Shown here: positions 25,955-33,911 of the stretch, piece after piece
Position numbering within the stretch: position 1 is the stretch's first letter
Layout of the letters: every line of letters begins with the position of its first letter
Assembly (NCBI GenBank): GCA_014384375.1
Contig: JACNFY010000019.1
Span: forward strand, 100,262 to 164,261
DNA: 64,000 bases
Origin: Nanobdellati archaeon
Lineage (GTDB): Archaea > Nanobdellota > Nanobdellia > Woesearchaeales > GCA-2686295
Direction of reading: 5' to 3'
Translations under genes and position numbers: made by a program
Notes under the pieces: generated by a model
The model's input: the letters and a program-made list of their open reading frames with translations, nothing else
Databases searched by the model: none
Told to the model about the DNA's origin: nothing

Positions 25955-26021
25955 CTGTAATCCCCAAGTACCTTTCAAAATAATTGTCTATTTAAAAAAC
26001 TATTCTTTTAAACAGACAAAT

Positions 26022-26771
26022 CTAATCTAAAAGCAGCAATAAAACCATTACGCCCACTCCAAGAATGAACAACGTGATTTGTATTAATGACTTCTTTACC
26101 TTGACTTCTTTATGCAGTTCAGGAATCAGGTCAGAGCCTGCTATATAAATGAATCCTCCTGCTGCAAAAGGTATTAAGAAGTATGTTACGTTCTGAACAT
26201 AAGAGCTTATTATTATGGCGGCAACAGCCCCAATAACTGCTGTTAGTGCAGTCATAAAGTTGAAGAACAAAGCCTTTCCTTTTGAGAATCCACCGTGCAG
26301 CAACACACCAAAATCAGCAATCTCTTGAGGTATTTCATGAAAGACAACTGCCAAAGTAGTGGCTATTCCAACAGGTATGCTAGCCAGATAACTAGCTCCG
26401 ATTATTAAACCATCCATAAAGTTGTGTACTGCATCACCAAACAAGTTCATTATTGCAAATGGGTGTTGATGCTCTTTAGTGGTTGGTAGGTGGCAATGCC
26501 TCCAGCGAATAAACTTTTCAACAACGAACGAGAATACAATTCCAAATATGGCATAAAGTGATATGTTCAAGCTAAAGCCGACTTCTTCGATAATCTCAGG
26601 TAGCAAATGAATAAAAGCATCTCCAAAAAGCCCTCCTGCTGAGAAGCTAACCATGTAAAGCAAGATTTTTTTTAGTTTATTGGCTTTTATTGAGAGCGTT
26701 AATATACCAACAAAAGAAATCAAGCTAACGATGATTACGCTTATCAATGAATAGAGCCAGACTTCATGCAT
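26022..26771 (-). CDS. ZIP-family divalent metal transporter (ZupT-like)
   Basis: HNFMDGLIIG and HEIPQEIADFGVL signatures. About 8 TM segments. Confidence 0.85.
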   Translation of the reverse strand: MHEVWLYSLISVIIVSLISFVGILTLSIKANKLKKILLYMVSFSAGGLFGDAFIHLLPEIIEEVGFSLNISLYAIFGIVFSFVVEKFIRWRHCHLPTTKEHQHPFAIMNLFGDAVHNFMDGLIIGASYLASIPVGIATTLAVVFHEIPQEIADFGVLLHGGFSKGKALFFNFMTALTAVIGAVAAIIISSYVQNVTYFLIPFAAGGFIYIAGSDLIPELHKEVKVKKSLIQITLFILGVGVMVLLLLLD

Positions 26772-26811
26772 AATTTAGAAGGCACTAGTTTTTATTATAT
26801 AAATATATCTA

Positions 26812-28635
26812 TCAAGAACGTTTTAACTCGATTTTCTCCTTGTATTTGACAGCATCGTTGATTATCTTGCCAATCTTGTTCTTCTTGCTGATTTTTATTA
26901 CTGCTTTCTTGCTAGAACGAGCAGACAGAGCGTAATCTCCCTCGACGAATATATCCACATCCTCATTAGCATACTCTGCAGGAAGCATGAATGTTATGTT
27001 GCTCTTATGAATCTTCACAGTGAAGTTGATGTTTTCACCTTCTCCTCTACTCGAGCTTTCCTGTATCTCTCTGACATCGATGTTCAGACCAAGTTTTTTC
27101 TCAATCTTCTCAATGTTGGAACCATTCCTGCCAATGATTGAAGAGCGGTCTTTCTCAGGAACAAAAACAATGCACTTGTTATTGGAAACAACATCAACCT
27201 TGACATTGTTGGAGTATTTCTGAAACTCCTGCTTTATAGTGCTGGCAGCTAAGGCATGTGTTGGAGCGGTTGTCTCAGCAGATACAGGTACAACAACTGT
27301 CTCCTCACCATAAGAGTATATCTCGAACTCTAACCTTCCAGTGTTGAAATCATGAACAACTACCACAGGCCTTGCAAGGTCCTGCTCGAACATTCCAGAT
27401 GGAACCTTGACTTCCATAGTTAATGAGAAAACGTTGTCTATCTGTCCATTCTTGATGAATATGACTGTATCAACGATATGAGGTATCACTCCTAGCTCGA
27501 TTCTGCCAATGAATCTTTGGATAGCGTCTATTGTTTTTGTAGCGTGCATCACTCCAATCATCCCAACACCTGAAAGTCTTAAGTCTGCAAACAACCTAAA
27601 ATCTTCTGTGTTTCTCATCTCATCAAAGATTGTGTAATCAGGTCTTGAAAGTAGTAGTATGTCATGTATCTCTTGATTGCTTCCGTGACTGATGGAGTAC
27701 TGAGTTACATCATCTGGCAATACCAAGTCACGTGGGGCTTCAACAGTCTTGATGACTTTGTTTGTTGATGCGTAGAATTCTGCTAATGCCTGAGCAAAAG
27801 TAGTTTTTCCATGACCTGGAGCTCCTGATATCAGCATTCCCTCTGCTTGTTCATAAAGCCTTTGCATTAGTTTTTCGTTGATATTGTAATCCTTCAAGTT
27901 CAAATGTTTCACAGGTCTGACAGCTGTGATTTCATAGCCATCAGCAAAAGGAGGTCTTGTTATAACAATTCTGTAGTTTACAAGCTGGATGATAGTTGAT
28001 CCTCTTCTCTCAATTTCTACAAAGCCATCCTTTCTCGAACCTGCCTCCTCTGTTATATGTTTTGCAAGGTTCTTGACTTCTTCTCCAGTCATCTTTGTCT
28101 TTGAGATGTTGACATACTCCCAAGCACCTGGCATTCCTTTCTTGGCTTTTGGAACACAATTTTCCTTGATATGGACACTCATAGTATTTTTGTCAAAGAA
28201 CTTTGCGAGCACTAATTCTTTTTCTTCTTCCTCAGGAAATTCATAAAGAATTACATTGATACCTTTCGACTCTGCAACAATTGCTTGGACCTTATCAGCT
28301 GTTATCAAGGTGCCTTTCTCTCTTAGAGCAAGCTCTCTTATCAATGAGTCAATCTCACCACTCTTAGCTCTCCTTATCTCAAAATCTCCAGGCCTTTCTC
28401 CTTTGAATTGGAGAATAAATCTGTGTTTTTTGCCTAGCTCTCTAAGTTTCTTAATCTCTTCAAGACCTAGATGACCTGTCTCTCTTCCGTGATTTGCTTG
28501 GGCCTCAAGCTCAGCAATAACTGCTTCATGAAAAACTATGCTTTTAGGTTTTAATTTTTTCTTCTCAATCCGCTTCGACACAATCCCTTCTATTATGATA
28601 CTTGTGTCGGGTATTAGTTTTTCTACTTTTTTCAT
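26812..28635 (-). CDS. PIN domain + PilT-like ATPase + KH domain protein (COG1855 type)
   Basis: N-terminal PIN-like (IPDTSIIIEG), Walker A GAPGHGKTT, and C-terminal KH (IIGRNGSNIEKIEKKLG). Confidence 0.8.
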   Translation of the reverse strand: MKKVEKLIPDTSIIIEGIVSKRIEKKKLKPKSIVFHEAVIAELEAQANHGRETGHLGLEEIKKLRELGKKHRFILQFKGERPGDFEIRRAKSGEIDSLIRELALREKGTLITADKVQAIVAESKGINVILYEFPEEEEKELVLAKFFDKNTMSVHIKENCVPKAKKGMPGAWEYVNISKTKMTGEEVKNLAKHITEEAGSRKDGFVEIERRGSTIIQLVNYRIVITRPPFADGYEITAVRPVKHLNLKDYNINEKLMQRLYEQAEGMLISGAPGHGKTTFAQALAEFYASTNKVIKTVEAPRDLVLPDDVTQYSISHGSNQEIHDILLLSRPDYTIFDEMRNTEDFRLFADLRLSGVGMIGVMHATKTIDAIQRFIGRIELGVIPHIVDTVIFIKNGQIDNVFSLTMEVKVPSGMFEQDLARPVVVVHDFNTGRLEFEIYSYGEETVVVPVSAETTAPTHALAASTIKQEFQKYSNNVKVDVVSNNKCIVFVPEKDRSSIIGRNGSNIEKIEKKLGLNIDVREIQESSSRGEGENINFTVKIHKSNITFMLPAEYANEDVDIFVEGDYALSARSSKKAVIKISKKNKIGKIINDAVKYKEKIELKRS

Positions 28636-28670
28636 ATTTTTAGAGTGTTGGTGTTATTATTTAAATGTTG

Positions 28671-29204
28671 CTAATTAAGAAAAAGTTTCTCATACTCCTT
28701 GATTTTGACCTTAAAGCTCCTACTGTACTTGTCAGGGTTTTTCTTTATGTCTTTTAGTAGATCATTGATATTCATAAAAAAAGATTCTTCAACCTCTTCA
28801 GGGCAATTACTGAAAGGTCCCGGATAAACAGCTCTAAACACAGTTGTAAGATGTTCATACTCAGCATCTACTTTCATTTTGAAAAGTACTTCAAAAGAGA
28901 TTTCTTTGGGTAATTCCTGTTCGTGAAATACTTCTTCTTGCAACTCGATCTTGGCAGATTCAAGGTATGTCTTTCCTGTCCTTACATGGCCACCTGGAGT
29001 TCCTATCTTTCCAGGCGCTAACACTTTCTTGCTTCTTTTAGTTAATAACAATTCTTGAAAAGAATCGTCTTTGAACACAAATATGTTGCTGATTCTGTGC
29101 AGAAGCTTTTCATCATGACACTTGCTGAATGGTGCTTGACCAATCACATTGTCATTCTCATCAACAACATCTAACATGTCTTCCATGAAGAAATGCGAGA
29201 ACAA
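28671..29204 (-). CDS. NUDIX hydrolase
   Basis: Nudix box GTPGGHVRTGKTYLESAKIELQEEV (G-x5-E-x7-REUxEE-like). Confidence 0.7.
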   Translation of the reverse strand: MFSHFFMEDMLDVVDENDNVIGQAPFSKCHDEKLLHRISNIFVFKDDSFQELLLTKRSKKVLAPGKIGTPGGHVRTGKTYLESAKIELQEEVFHEQELPKEISFEVLFKMKVDAEYEHLTTVFRAVYPGPFSNCPEEVEESFFMNINDLLKDIKKNPDKYSRSFKVKIKEYEKLFLN

Positions 29205-29218
29205 CTTATATATAAATA

Positions 29219-31192
29219 TTAGGATAATTTAGGGAAAAAATTATCAATAATTAGACTTAATTGATTCAAAAATATGATTATTCTTTCACTGAAACTAACG
29301 TTGATAAGTTCGATAGAGAACTCTTCCTCAACCAAGTAATCCTGCCCTTTCTCATCTTTGTATGAGACACTAATCTTAAACTCATTCAATCCAAGACTCA
29401 TAATCTTTGCAGGGACAGCAATGCTGAACTCTCTTCTAATATCTAAATCTTCGACATTCCAACTTTGAGAGAGACGTTTACCTTCAAGAGTCACTTTAAT
29501 ATCTGAAGGATTAGAGAATGATTCCTGCAACACACTAAAGGAAATATCTGCTTGTTCTTCAAAAAGAACCTCTTCTGAATAATCAAGCTTTGAAATCTTA
29601 ACCAACGGTGTATCAACTGAGTGAATTAAAATATATTTTGTGATTGAGAAATCATCGTTTTTAGCAGTCACTGCAAGGTTCTTTACACCAACACTTGGCA
29701 TCTCCTTGACAAACTCTTTGTTGTATTGTTCTTTTGGACCAAACTGCTTTTTGTGACATTCATCTTCCAAGCAAATATCGATAATGCCAAGAGCTTTGTT
29801 TTCTTTATTTGTGAATTTACAATTAATGGTTAATGGTTCACCAATATAAACCGCTGACTTATCTGCTTCACACTCTATATTAATCGGAGAATAAACTGTT
29901 TTTTCCTCAGGAATCTGGCTCTTGAAGTAGTTATAGTCGAAAACAGTTGCTTTCTTCTCAGATTTAAAAGAGGTTTCTGCTGAAGTACTACTAGAAACAG
30001 CCTTTAAAGGGAATGTGTAGATATATCCACTCTTTAAATTCTCTAAAACTCTGACAATGAAATACTCTTTCTTCTTTTCCTTAGGCTTTAGAAGAATATT
30101 CCTGAATCTATCATCAAAGTTTTCTACATTCTGTGTGGCTGCTAATTGTAAAGATACAGTTATATAATAGGGCTGGTTGTTGGTGACTTCAGCAGTTACA
30201 AGGTTGTAAGAACCGAATCCAGCCTTCTCTTTCTGAATTTCTAAATCAATCGAGACAAGTGGTTGCTTTAGGTTTCCTCTGCTAATAACATCTACTTCAT
30301 TTTCAATCTCTCCACTCTGTATATTGAAATTTTTCCCTTTTGCATTGTAATTCACAGAGCTAGTAGATGAGTCATCAGATTCCTTGAGCTTTATATGAGT
30401 TGCATCAACCCAGCCAAACTGTCTATAAGTTACATCGAAAGGAACCCATCCAACATCTGGGAAGTAAACCTCTGCCCAGCCATGTGGACCCCAAGGACTT
30501 TCAAAAATCTCAAGGTTAGTGTATGACATTCCTGAAATAAATCTTGCTGGTATCCCGACAGCCCTATTCAAAGAAATAAAGAGCGAGGTAAGCTCGTCAC
30601 AAACACCGTATCTGTTAGTAATAACCCATGAAGACTTCTGAGCAGCCTCGGCAGTTAATGTGCTAAGATTATACTCTATGTTTCTCTCCACCCAGTCAGC
30701 AAAAGAGAAAACAACCTCAAACAAATCATCCTTTTCTGCAGCTAGTTCACTGGCCAAGTCAGATATCTCATTATTGATATCAATTATATCCTGCTCTGTT
30801 AGGAACGGAGCAAACTCAGAATCCAATTCAGTTATTGGGAACTTTACCTTGCTGAAAACCTTTTTGTAATCAGAACTCGTTTCAACCACAGACTCAACAC
30901 TAACATCGAGCTTTTTTTTCTGAGGTTTTCTGAAAACAAAGTTTAAGCCATCATTTTCCTCTTCACCAGATGGTTCAGTCTGAATGTAAGAAATCTCTTG
31001 TCTATAATCGTCTCTAGGAAACCATGAGAGTAAGATTTCTGCAGAAGTAACGTAGTAATTACTAGATGTAGGATTTATAATCATATAGCTGCTTATTTTG
31101 TGTTCTAACTCCAATGACTGATAATCAAACAAATCCTCTGCAGAAGAGAAAGGAAATAGTAGAATTACTAATAGTAATAATATTTTTTTCAT
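29219..31192 (-). CDS. secreted transglutaminase-like (cysteine protease fold) protein with Ig-like C-terminal repeats
   Basis: Signal peptide MKKILLLLVILLFPFSSA. Core YGVCDELTSLFISLNRAVGIPARFISG (Cys), HGWAEVYF (His) and PFD (Asp). Confidence 0.75.
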   Translation of the reverse strand: MKKILLLLVILLFPFSSAEDLFDYQSLELEHKISSYMIINPTSSNYYVTSAEILLSWFPRDDYRQEISYIQTEPSGEEENDGLNFVFRKPQKKKLDVSVESVVETSSDYKKVFSKVKFPITELDSEFAPFLTEQDIIDINNEISDLASELAAEKDDLFEVVFSFADWVERNIEYNLSTLTAEAAQKSSWVITNRYGVCDELTSLFISLNRAVGIPARFISGMSYTNLEIFESPWGPHGWAEVYFPDVGWVPFDVTYRQFGWVDATHIKLKESDDSSTSSVNYNAKGKNFNIQSGEIENEVDVISRGNLKQPLVSIDLEIQKEKAGFGSYNLVTAEVTNNQPYYITVSLQLAATQNVENFDDRFRNILLKPKEKKKEYFIVRVLENLKSGYIYTFPLKAVSSSTSAETSFKSEKKATVFDYNYFKSQIPEEKTVYSPINIECEADKSAVYIGEPLTINCKFTNKENKALGIIDICLEDECHKKQFGPKEQYNKEFVKEMPSVGVKNLAVTAKNDDFSITKYILIHSVDTPLVKISKLDYSEEVLFEEQADISFSVLQESFSNPSDIKVTLEGKRLSQSWNVEDLDIRREFSIAVPAKIMSLGLNEFKISVSYKDEKGQDYLVEEEFSIELINVSFSERIIIFLNQLSLIIDNFFPKLS

Positions 31193-31357
31193 ATAATAAC
31201 TTCTATTAGTATACTATATATATTTATTTATATTTATTGAAAATTTCAAAATAGAAAACTAATCAGAAATTATGTTCTGGAGTTTTTCAAAAACAAAAAC
31301 TATTAAAAAAGAATAATTTTTTCCTTTTCGTAGGGGTTAGCAGACCAGACAATACAC

Positions 31358-31470
31358 GCCGAGGTCGCATAGTCTGGTATTGCGCGGACAGAAAAAGATG
31401 AGTCTTTTTTTGGCGTAAGATTGCTAATCCCGTTCCTTTGGAATCGTGGGTTCAAATCCCACCCTCGGCG
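31358..31470 (+). tRNA. tRNA-Ser(GCT) with a ~31-nt intron in the anticodon stem (about 31388-31418)
   Basis: Acceptor GCCGAGG/CCTCGGC plus G. After removing the intron the anticodon arm is CGGGA-TTGCTAA-TCCCG. Long variable arm TTCCTTTGGAATC. T-arm GTGGG-TTCAAAT-CCCAC. Confidence 0.8.
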
Positions 31471-31492
31471 TTCACTATCGTTCATGTCTCGT

Positions 31493-31565
31493 GTGGGATT
31501 TTTCAAACGCTCAAAAACTTTCAGTTTTTGGCGCGCCAAAAAGCTTTGCTTTTTGAGCGTCCCAC
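31493..31565 (+). other. 73-nt three-tier imperfect palindrome / hairpin downstream of tRNA-Ser
   Basis: GTGGGA/TCCCAC, GCTCAAAAA/TTTTTGAGC and the perfect 18-mer TTTTTGGCGCGCCAAAAA. Followed by GCTCGGCG, which mimics the tRNA 3' acceptor strand. Confidence 0.6.
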
Positions 31566-31577
31566 GCTCGGCGTATC

Positions 31578-31586
31578 TTTTTTTTT
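31578..31586 (+). terminator. T9 run, candidate archaeal terminator for the tRNA-Ser/hairpin transcript
   Basis: Nine consecutive T immediately after the hairpin. Archaeal RNAP terminates at oligo-T. Confidence 0.45.
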
Positions 31587-31591
31587 AGAAA

Positions 31592-32104
31592 ATGAGAGAG
31601 TTGGAAAAGGAGTATTTAGCAAAGTCAATTCCTAAAGGATTGAAAAACTGCGAACATAAAGAAGTAATTGATATCTATATTCCTAAAGAAAGTTTTCATC
31701 CTGTTGTTAGGATCAGGAAGAATGGTGATAAGTTTAGGGTTACTAAGAAGGTTCCTGTTGATGACAAGGGTCATTTCGATGAACAAACAGTTAAGCTTAC
31801 AAAAGAGGAATTCAATGCTTTGAAGGATGTTGATGGTAGAAAGGTTCATAAGATAAGATATATATATAGTTACAAAGGCTATACTGCAGAGATTGATGTT
31901 TTCCAAGAACCTTTGAAAGGCTTGATTATTGTAGAGTTTGAGTTTCCGACATTCAAGGAGAAGGATTCTTTTGAAATGCCTGATTTCTGCCTTGCAGACA
32001 TTACTTCTGAAGAATTTACTGCTGGCGGTTTTATTTGTGGAAAATCACTGGAAGACTTGAAAAAAGTTCTCGATAAGTACGGGTACAAGAAGTTAATTTT
32101 ATAA
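31592..32104 (+). CDS. CYTH-domain (triphosphate tunnel metalloenzyme / class IV cyclase-like) protein
   Basis: 170 aa with N-terminal ELEKEYL strand (ExExK-like), VRIRKNGDKF, and EIDVFQEPLKGLIIVEFEF typical of CYTH beta-barrel strands. Confidence 0.65.
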   Translation: MRELEKEYLAKSIPKGLKNCEHKEVIDIYIPKESFHPVVRIRKNGDKFRVTKKVPVDDKGHFDEQTVKLTKEEFNALKDVDGRKVHKIRYIYSYKGYTAEIDVFQEPLKGLIIVEFEFPTFKEKDSFEMPDFCLADITSEEFTAGGFICGKSLEDLKKVLDKYGYKKLIL

Positions 32105-32129
32105 AGGGTTTGTTCTTCCTTCAAAACAC

Positions 32130-32224
32130 AGCGGGGTAGGGTAGCCAGGAGTGCCCGTCGGGCTCATACGAGCTCTTTGCTTTAAGAAACCCGGAGGTCG
32201 GAAGTTCAAATCTTCCCCCCGCTA
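32130..32224 (+). tRNA. initiator tRNA-Met(CAT) with a ~20-nt canonical (37/38) intron (about 32169-32188)
   Basis: AGCGGGG/CCCCGCT acceptor with A1:U72 and discriminator A. Anticodon stem with three G:C pairs (CGGG-CTCATAA-CCCG after splicing). T-arm GGAAG-TTCAAAT-CTTCC. Confidence 0.85.
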
Positions 32225-32254
32225 TTTCTTTTACTAAACTCTTTATTTTTAGAA

Positions 32255-33199
32255 TTATTTTAAGTACGCGGTCTCTGGAGAAGTTTGTATTGGTTCTGTT
32301 TCAACAATTTTAGCTTGTTGATTGTTTCTTCTTTTGTCTTCATACATTCTCTGGTCTGCTATCTCTATGAGTTGTTCTGGTGATTTTATTTCAGGAGTGT
32401 ATTCTGCTACTCCATAGCTAAGGGTAACTTTGAATTTTTCTTCAAGACCGTTGTTTGCTTTAAAAGTTGTTTGTGATAGTTTCTTATTTATTCTCTCAAT
32501 TATTATTTGCGCTGCTTTTTCTTTACCGTCCACCATGACCATGAATTCATCTCCCCCACATCTACCTGCCACGTCTGATGGTCTTATCGCTCCTCTTAAT
32601 ATCTTGCCGATTTCTCGCAACACCTCATCACCTTTTACATGACCATAAGTATCGTTTATTTGTTTAAAGCCGTTTGCATCCAAAACTATCAATGATATGA
32701 GAGTATATGGTTTTTCTTTATAAACAGACCTTTCTATCTCTCTGAACTTGTATGTTAGTCTATCTTCTAAGAATCCTTTTGTGTGAAGTCCTGTAAGGTC
32801 GTCTGTTATTACTCTTTCTCTTAGATTTCTTATTTCTAATTCTTTTTCAATTCTAAACACTAATTCTTCAATTTCTGGTGGTTTAATCATATAGTCTGAA
32901 GCGCCTTGTTTTAACAAGCGTGTTCCGTAGGTGTTATCGATTTTTCCACTTAACACTATTATAGGAGTTTGATTATCTGTTTCTCTAACTCTTATTATTA
33001 GTTCTTTACCGTCCATGACAGACATGCTTAAGTCTGTTATTATGATATCAGGGTTTGTTTCTGCTTTTTTTTCAAGAGCTTCTTGGCCGTTAGAAGCAGT
33101 TACTACAGAATAGTTTTGGTCTGTAAGACACTCTTCTAATGATTTAAGAACTGCTGGATGATCTTCCACCACCAGAACAGTTTTTTCTTCTTTAACCAT
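32255..33199 (-). CDS. response regulator receiver + GGDEF diguanylate cyclase
   Basis: REC (VLVVEDHP, IIITDLSMSVMDG, DYMIKP). GGDEF domain with RCGGDEFMV and RPSD I-site five residues upstream. Confidence 0.85.
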   Translation of the reverse strand: MVKEEKTVLVVEDHPAVLKSLEECLTDQNYSVVTASNGQEALEKKAETNPDIIITDLSMSVMDGKELIIRVRETDNQTPIIVLSGKIDNTYGTRLLKQGASDYMIKPPEIEELVFRIEKELEIRNLRERVITDDLTGLHTKGFLEDRLTYKFREIERSVYKEKPYTLISLIVLDANGFKQINDTYGHVKGDEVLREIGKILRGAIRPSDVAGRCGGDEFMVMVDGKEKAAQIIIERINKKLSQTTFKANNGLEEKFKVTLSYGVAEYTPEIKSPEQLIEIADQRMYEDKRRNNQQAKIVETEPIQTSPETAYLK

Positions 33200-33225
33200 T
33201 TTTTACAACCAGTAAATAGTAACAA

Positions 33226-33233
33226 TTTATAAA
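33226..33233 (-). promoter_or_regulatory. TATA box (TTTATAAA) for the REC-GGDEF gene
   Basis: Proximal edge is 26 nt upstream of the ATG at 33199. Same geometry as other genes in the window. Confidence 0.5.
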
Positions 33234-33236
33234 TCT

Positions 33237-33659
33237 TTATATCTCCTCCTTCAACGTTACTGTTGCAACCATTGTTATGGTTTTCTTAACTCCTGTTCTC
33301 TTTCTAAACTCTAGAATGAAATTGTTGAAATCCTCGACATCTTTGAATTTTAGCTTGAATAGAAGGTCATATTCTCCTGTGATGCCAAAGACTTCTTTTA
33401 TATGAGAATCTTGAAAGACAACAGGGTCCAAGTCTTTCTCTGTGGAAACAAACATGAAAACAATAAAATTTTCGTCAACAAGCTTGTTGTTCAGTTTTAC
33501 TGTGAACTTCTCGATAGTGTTCGTTTCTTTAAGCTTGTTTATTCGCTGATGGACAGTGCTAGGTCTTATTCCGGTAGCCTTTGCTATATTTCTTATACTA
33601 GCCCTGCTGTCTTTTTTGAGCTGATCAATGATTTTTTTATCTTTGTTGTCAATGCTCAT
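33237..33659 (-). CDS. Lrp/AsnC-family transcriptional regulator
   Basis: DNKDKKIIDQLKKDSRASIRNIAKATGIRPSTVHQRINKL HTH plus C-terminal RAM/ACT-like domain. Confidence 0.85.
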   Translation of the reverse strand: MSIDNKDKKIIDQLKKDSRASIRNIAKATGIRPSTVHQRINKLKETNTIEKFTVKLNNKLVDENFIVFMFVSTEKDLDPVVFQDSHIKEVFGITGEYDLLFKLKFKDVEDFNNFILEFRKRTGVKKTITMVATVTLKEEI

Positions 33660-33911
33660 GTTCTCTGCTTGTCATTGAAAAAATTGACTCCCTCGAGAAA
33701 TTAAACATTCTTTGCGTTCCTAAGAACTCTTGGGGGATTAATCGCTACTGAGAGAGCCAATTTTTATTATGCAATAATTTTGTTTGTTCAAGTAATATTT
33801 AAATATTGTTATTTTTGTCTATATATTTTCAAGAATATTGGATAAATTACATTTTTTTTCGAGGAAAATATATAAATCATCTATAATTATACTTGTTTAT
33901 AGGTGATATTC

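Noticed and set aside
31525-31542. GGCGCGCC (AscI-type octamer) in the palindrome as a sign of a cloning or synthetic artefact
   Set aside because: It is embedded symmetrically in a larger imperfect palindrome with natural-looking flanks, and no vector-like sequence is nearby. It is kept only as part of the hairpin observation.
31303-31635. ORFs 31303-31539 (minus) and 31438-31635 (plus)
   Set aside because: Both overlap the tRNA-Ser gene and the downstream palindrome. The open frames are explained by the RNA and hairpin sequence, not by coding potential.
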